A DNA stretch of 64,000 nucleotides. It comes from Leucoraja erinacea. Its lineage: Eukaryota. The notes under the pieces are model-generated. The model was given only the letters and a program-made list of their open reading frames with translations, had not been told where the DNA came from and did no database searches. This document shows, piece by piece, positions 60,244 to 64,000 of the stretch. The stretch covers positions 20,398,001 through 20,462,000 of the forward strand of contig NC_073409.1 of the NCBI RefSeq assembly GCF_028641065.1, in the 5' to 3' direction. The stretch's first letter is position 1. Every line of letters begins with the position of its first letter. The position numbers and the translations under genes were made by a program.

Positions 60244-62010
60244 TAATTATAATAACAATAAATTGATTTTATATAGCGCTTTTCAAGCTCAAAGTCGCTT
60301 TACAAGGCAAGGCAAGAAACAAAAACAAAAATAAATACCAAACAAAACAAACCAAAAAATGAGCAACAATTCAAGCACAGATGAAAAGGGAGGGGGACGT
60401 GAGGCTAAGGATAGGCAGAGGTGAAGAGATGGGTCTTGAGGCGGAACTGGAAGATGGTGAGGGACTCAGAATTGCGGATCAGTTGGGGAAGGGAGTTCCA
60501 GAGCCTGGGAGCTGCCCTGGAGAAGGCTCTGTCCCCAAAACTGCGGAGATTGGATTTAATATTAATAATAGTAATAAATTTTATTTTCGGGCGCCTTTCA
60601 AATCTCAAGGTCACCTTACAAAGATTAAACAGAAGAGAAAAAAAACATATAGTCGGAGAAAAATAAATAATAAGGACATCATCGATACACAACTTAAAGA
60701 TAGAAATCATTCCAAAGATACAAAATAAAAAAAAATAAAAAAAACACAATGTGAAGAGAGAGCAGAGGCAGCTAAAGCGCGCCAGGGTCCACTCCCACTT
60801 CCGACAGCCATCTTGGACACAGACTAACAAAGTACTTTACACACAGAAACATCATCCCCCCTAAGTGGTTACCACTGTGGGGGAAGGCACAAAAGTCCAG
60901 TCCCCAACCCCAGTTCTCCCAAAAGTCAGGCCTATTAAGGCCACCGCTGTTGCCTCAACGGAGGCCCGATGTTCCTGGCCGTTCTAGCCGGGTGGTCTTG
61001 CCCCGGCGTCGGGAGAGTCCTCACAGCGGCTGGGCCACCTGGAACAGCCGCTTCCTAGCAGGGGATTGTCGGCTTCCGAAGCCGACAAGGACGCACCGAG
61101 TTGGAGCTCCCAGGCTCCCGATGTTAATGTCGGCGCCGCCCGCTCCGCTCCGCAGACCCGCAGCCCGGAGGTGTTGCTCTCGGCGGTCCAGCTCACCGGA
61201 GCTCCAGCACGTCGATCTAGCGCGGCGACCCAGGCAAGGCATCGCCCGCTCCGCTCCGCGATGGCGCTCCAGCACTGTGTCGCCAACGAAGCCGAGGTGC
61301 TGGGCGGTCCCCACCAGGAAACGGCGCTCCAAGCCCGCTGGTAGGCCACGAGGCCGGGCCGACGGGCAGCCCAGAAAAAAAGCTGCCTCGCCAACCAGGT
61401 AGGGACCTAGACGTAAGGTTACCTCATTCCCCCCACAATAAGAAGTCCATTTCTCCGAGAAAACGCCGAACAAAACTAACTAAAAACTGAAAAAAAATGA
61501 ATTAAACGGACGGCTGCTGGTTAGCAGCCGTTCCCCAAGATGGCTCCTCCTCCTCGGTGAGGAGGATTTGTGGATGGAGAGGAGACCGGCTGATGTGGAT
61601 CTGAGGGACCGGGAGGGTTGGTAGGGGGAGAGGATGTCAGTGAGATATGGGGGGGGGGCAGATGGTGGAGGGCTTTGTAGGTGAGGACCAGGATTTTGTA
61701 GATGATCCGGTGGGAAATGGGAAGCCAGTGAAGTTATTTGAGGACTGGAGTGATGTGGTGCCAGGATTTGGTGTGTGATGAGTCGGGCGGCTGCGTTCTG
61801 CACCAGTTGGAATCGGTTGATGTAGCTGGAGCTGATGCCAAGGAGAAGTGAGTTGCAGTAGTCCAGTCGGGAGGAGATGAAGGCATGGATGAGTTTTCAT
61901 GAGTCAGCAGCAGGGGGTGTGAGAGAGGGTCTGATTTGGGCGATGTTGCGGAGGTGAAAGAAGGAGGTTTTAATGACATGGCGGATGTGAGGCTCAAGGG
62001 AGAAGGTGGA
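60244..62010 (-). mobile_element. L2 LINE, right part of the duplicated copy (inverted), with nested GC-rich element 60558-61563
   Basis: Reverse complement of 27717-29446; picks up exactly where 39123-41193 stops. Confidence 0.92.
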
Positions 62011-64000
62011 GACTTCCGGTGGCTGCTATGAAGCAGTGAAGGCAGCTGCACTGAGCTCTCCTCCAGACAAATCGCGTTTAAAGTCGACTCCCATGCCAGG
62101 ATCGAGTTAAAAATTCTTATCAGGTTTGCTGAACGTCAAGGGTACTGACTCCATCAAACGGTACTGGTGGTTTTGGGATTTAAAACGATCTTATCGTAAA
62201 AACTGGATGAGAAAGAGAAGAGGTCAGAGAGGACCCAAGAAAACTACAATCAGTCTCCAGCTCCAAAAAGCTCTGGATGAGCTTGAAACTACCCCTGAAC
62301 TCACGTTTGAAAGTTTGGAAGAGGAGCTGGAACCTCAACAACCTACAAGCGATATGGCTGCGAGAAGTGATACAAAGGAGAAAGAAATGAAAAGCTGGGA
62401 AGAAACGGTAAGAGCTAATATTCTTAAAGACATTAGTAAAGATCTTCAGAAGCAACTTGCCAAAATGAATTCTACAATTCAGAATAACTTCTCCACTATG
62501 GAGGGCAATCTTTCTAAGAAAATTGATAATAGCTGTGGCGAAGTAAAAGAGCTTTATGTAGCCCTGAATCAGCAGTTTAAAGATTTGGAGTCCAGCACCG
62601 CGAAGGAAATGGAAAGTATGCGGAGAGATTATAACAACAAACATGACATCCTGCTGAAGCAATTAACAGACACGGAAAAATTGATGGAAGAAATGGAGGG
62701 TGAGATGGAACAGATGAGCCAAGAGATAACAGGTCTGAAAAAACAACACGATACGAATTGGGAGTTAACGAATAAACTGAATGAGAAATGTCAAGATTTA
62801 GAGGCCAGGTCTAGGAGACAAAATCTGAGATTAGTAGGAGTTAAAGAGGGTGCGGAACACGGCCTTCAAATGCGTGATTTTATTACTAATCTACTTAAAG
62901 ATGTTTTCAAACTTCCTGAAAAACCAAAGATAGATCTGGCTCATCGAGTGGGTCGCCTCCAAAAACACGATAATGCTAAACCAAGGCAAATTATTGTAAA
63001 GTTTCTAGATATTTCAACTGTGGAAACTCTATTAAAGAAGATAAACTATGGAGAAAATCTTACATTCGCTGATAATATCGTAAGATTCTACAGGGATTAC
63101 CCTCGGGAAATTCTGGCAAAAAGACGCGAGTTTAAAAGGGCAAGCAGTGTTTTATATGGACATTCTGAAGTTCGTTATGGCGTGATCTATCCAGCAAAAA
63201 TGCTAATTACGTTTAAGGGCAAGCAACGCTCATTTACCGACCCGGACGCTGCTTGCAAATACGCCGAGGAGATTTTAAACAAAACTCAACCAGGATCAGA
63301 TTAATTGACATTTTGTCTGGAAACTGTTTTTTCTGTTCAAATTAAACCACTTGAACGCTTCAGACAGTTACCAGACAGTCTTATCTGCCAAGAATGTGCT
63401 ATTTAATAACATAGGCCGAACTAATCTTCTGAACTGAAAGCACATATGAAAGCTCAAGGTTGCAAGCACGTCACCAAACTCTGAAGCACGGAGAACTATG
63501 AGATTGTCGCCTTTTGAAATGGCCATGATAAGAGGCATCTGTTTCACACTATATGACCTATTATTTACACATATAACTAACTAACTAATTAACCAATTAC
63601 GCACAATATACTCAACCAACGTTAAAGGCGTAATGTCCTATACTAACACGATTAACTATATAGCAGGAAGGGTGGGGGAGGTTAGACATATATTTTAATT
63701 ACTAAATACTAATAATGAATTAACTAACATACAGGTAAATGAAAAGTGTAATTTTTGATGAGGTATTTTAACCCATAATTATTTTTATTTTAATCCAAAT
63801 CTTCTACCTTCCCTTTTTATTTTATTCTATTTTAAACTGTTCAGCGATGACCTGATATGATAATTTTGGTAACAATTAGAGGGAACCGACTAACGTTGGG
63901 TCAAATTCTAACAGGGGGATAGGGCCCAGTGCATAATTTCATCGACGGAGGTCAAATTTAAAACAAATCTAGCTACCTTAGGTGGCTTTTTTGTAATTTA
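62011..64000 (+). mobile_element. L1-clade LINE, second copy (5' UTR, ORF1, inter-ORF spacer; runs off the window)
   Basis: Inverted, near-identical copy of ~45600-47587. Confidence 0.95.
62207..63304 (+). CDS. L1 ORF1, 365 aa from the first ATG
   Basis: Six amino-acid differences from ORF1 at 46295-47392. Confidence 0.9.
   Translation: MRKRRGQRGPKKTTISLQLQKALDELETTPELTFESLEEELEPQQPTSDMAARSDTKEKEMKSWEETVRANILKDISKDLQKQLAKMNSTIQNNFSTMEGNLSKKIDNSCGEVKELYVALNQQFKDLESSTAKEMESMRRDYNNKHDILLKQLTDTEKLMEEMEGEMEQMSQEITGLKKQHDTNWELTNKLNEKCQDLEARSRRQNLRLVGVKEGAEHGLQMRDFITNLLKDVFKLPEKPKIDLAHRVGRLQKHDNAKPRQIIVKFLDISTVETLLKKINYGENLTFADNIVRFYRDYPREILAKRREFKRASSVLYGHSEVRYGVIYPAKMLITFKGKQRSFTDPDAACKYAEEILNKTQPGSD

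Overview
Eukaryotic vertebrate genomic DNA. The SINE, CR1 and Penelope repeat families look elasmobranch (skate/ray-like), but the host is inferred, not shown. The window holds a tandem cluster of single-coding-exon UDP-glucuronosyltransferase genes of UGT5 type. Four ORFs are intact: A 6214-7812(-), C 21844-23454(+), D 36966-38576(+) and E 49925-51538(-). One copy, B ~13897-15968(+), is a 5'-truncated, Rex1-interrupted pseudogene. The genes sit among dense mobile elements: a full-length L1, a second near-identical L1 running off the right edge, L2, CR1, Rex1/Babar, Penelope relics, an internally deleted Gmr1-like LTR element and many tRNA-derived SINEs. Main structural findings: (1) a ~14 kb tandem duplication; (2) a ~14.4 kb inversion between two head-to-head L1s, shown by a target-site duplication split across the two elements; (3) a repeated GC-box + splice-donor module that probably supplies non-coding first exons to a conserved acceptor 26 nt before each ATG; (4) near-identical C-terminal halves and 3' UTRs against divergent N-terminal halves, suggesting gene conversion. 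Repeat boundaries were read by eye and are approximate unless a junction sequence is quoted.
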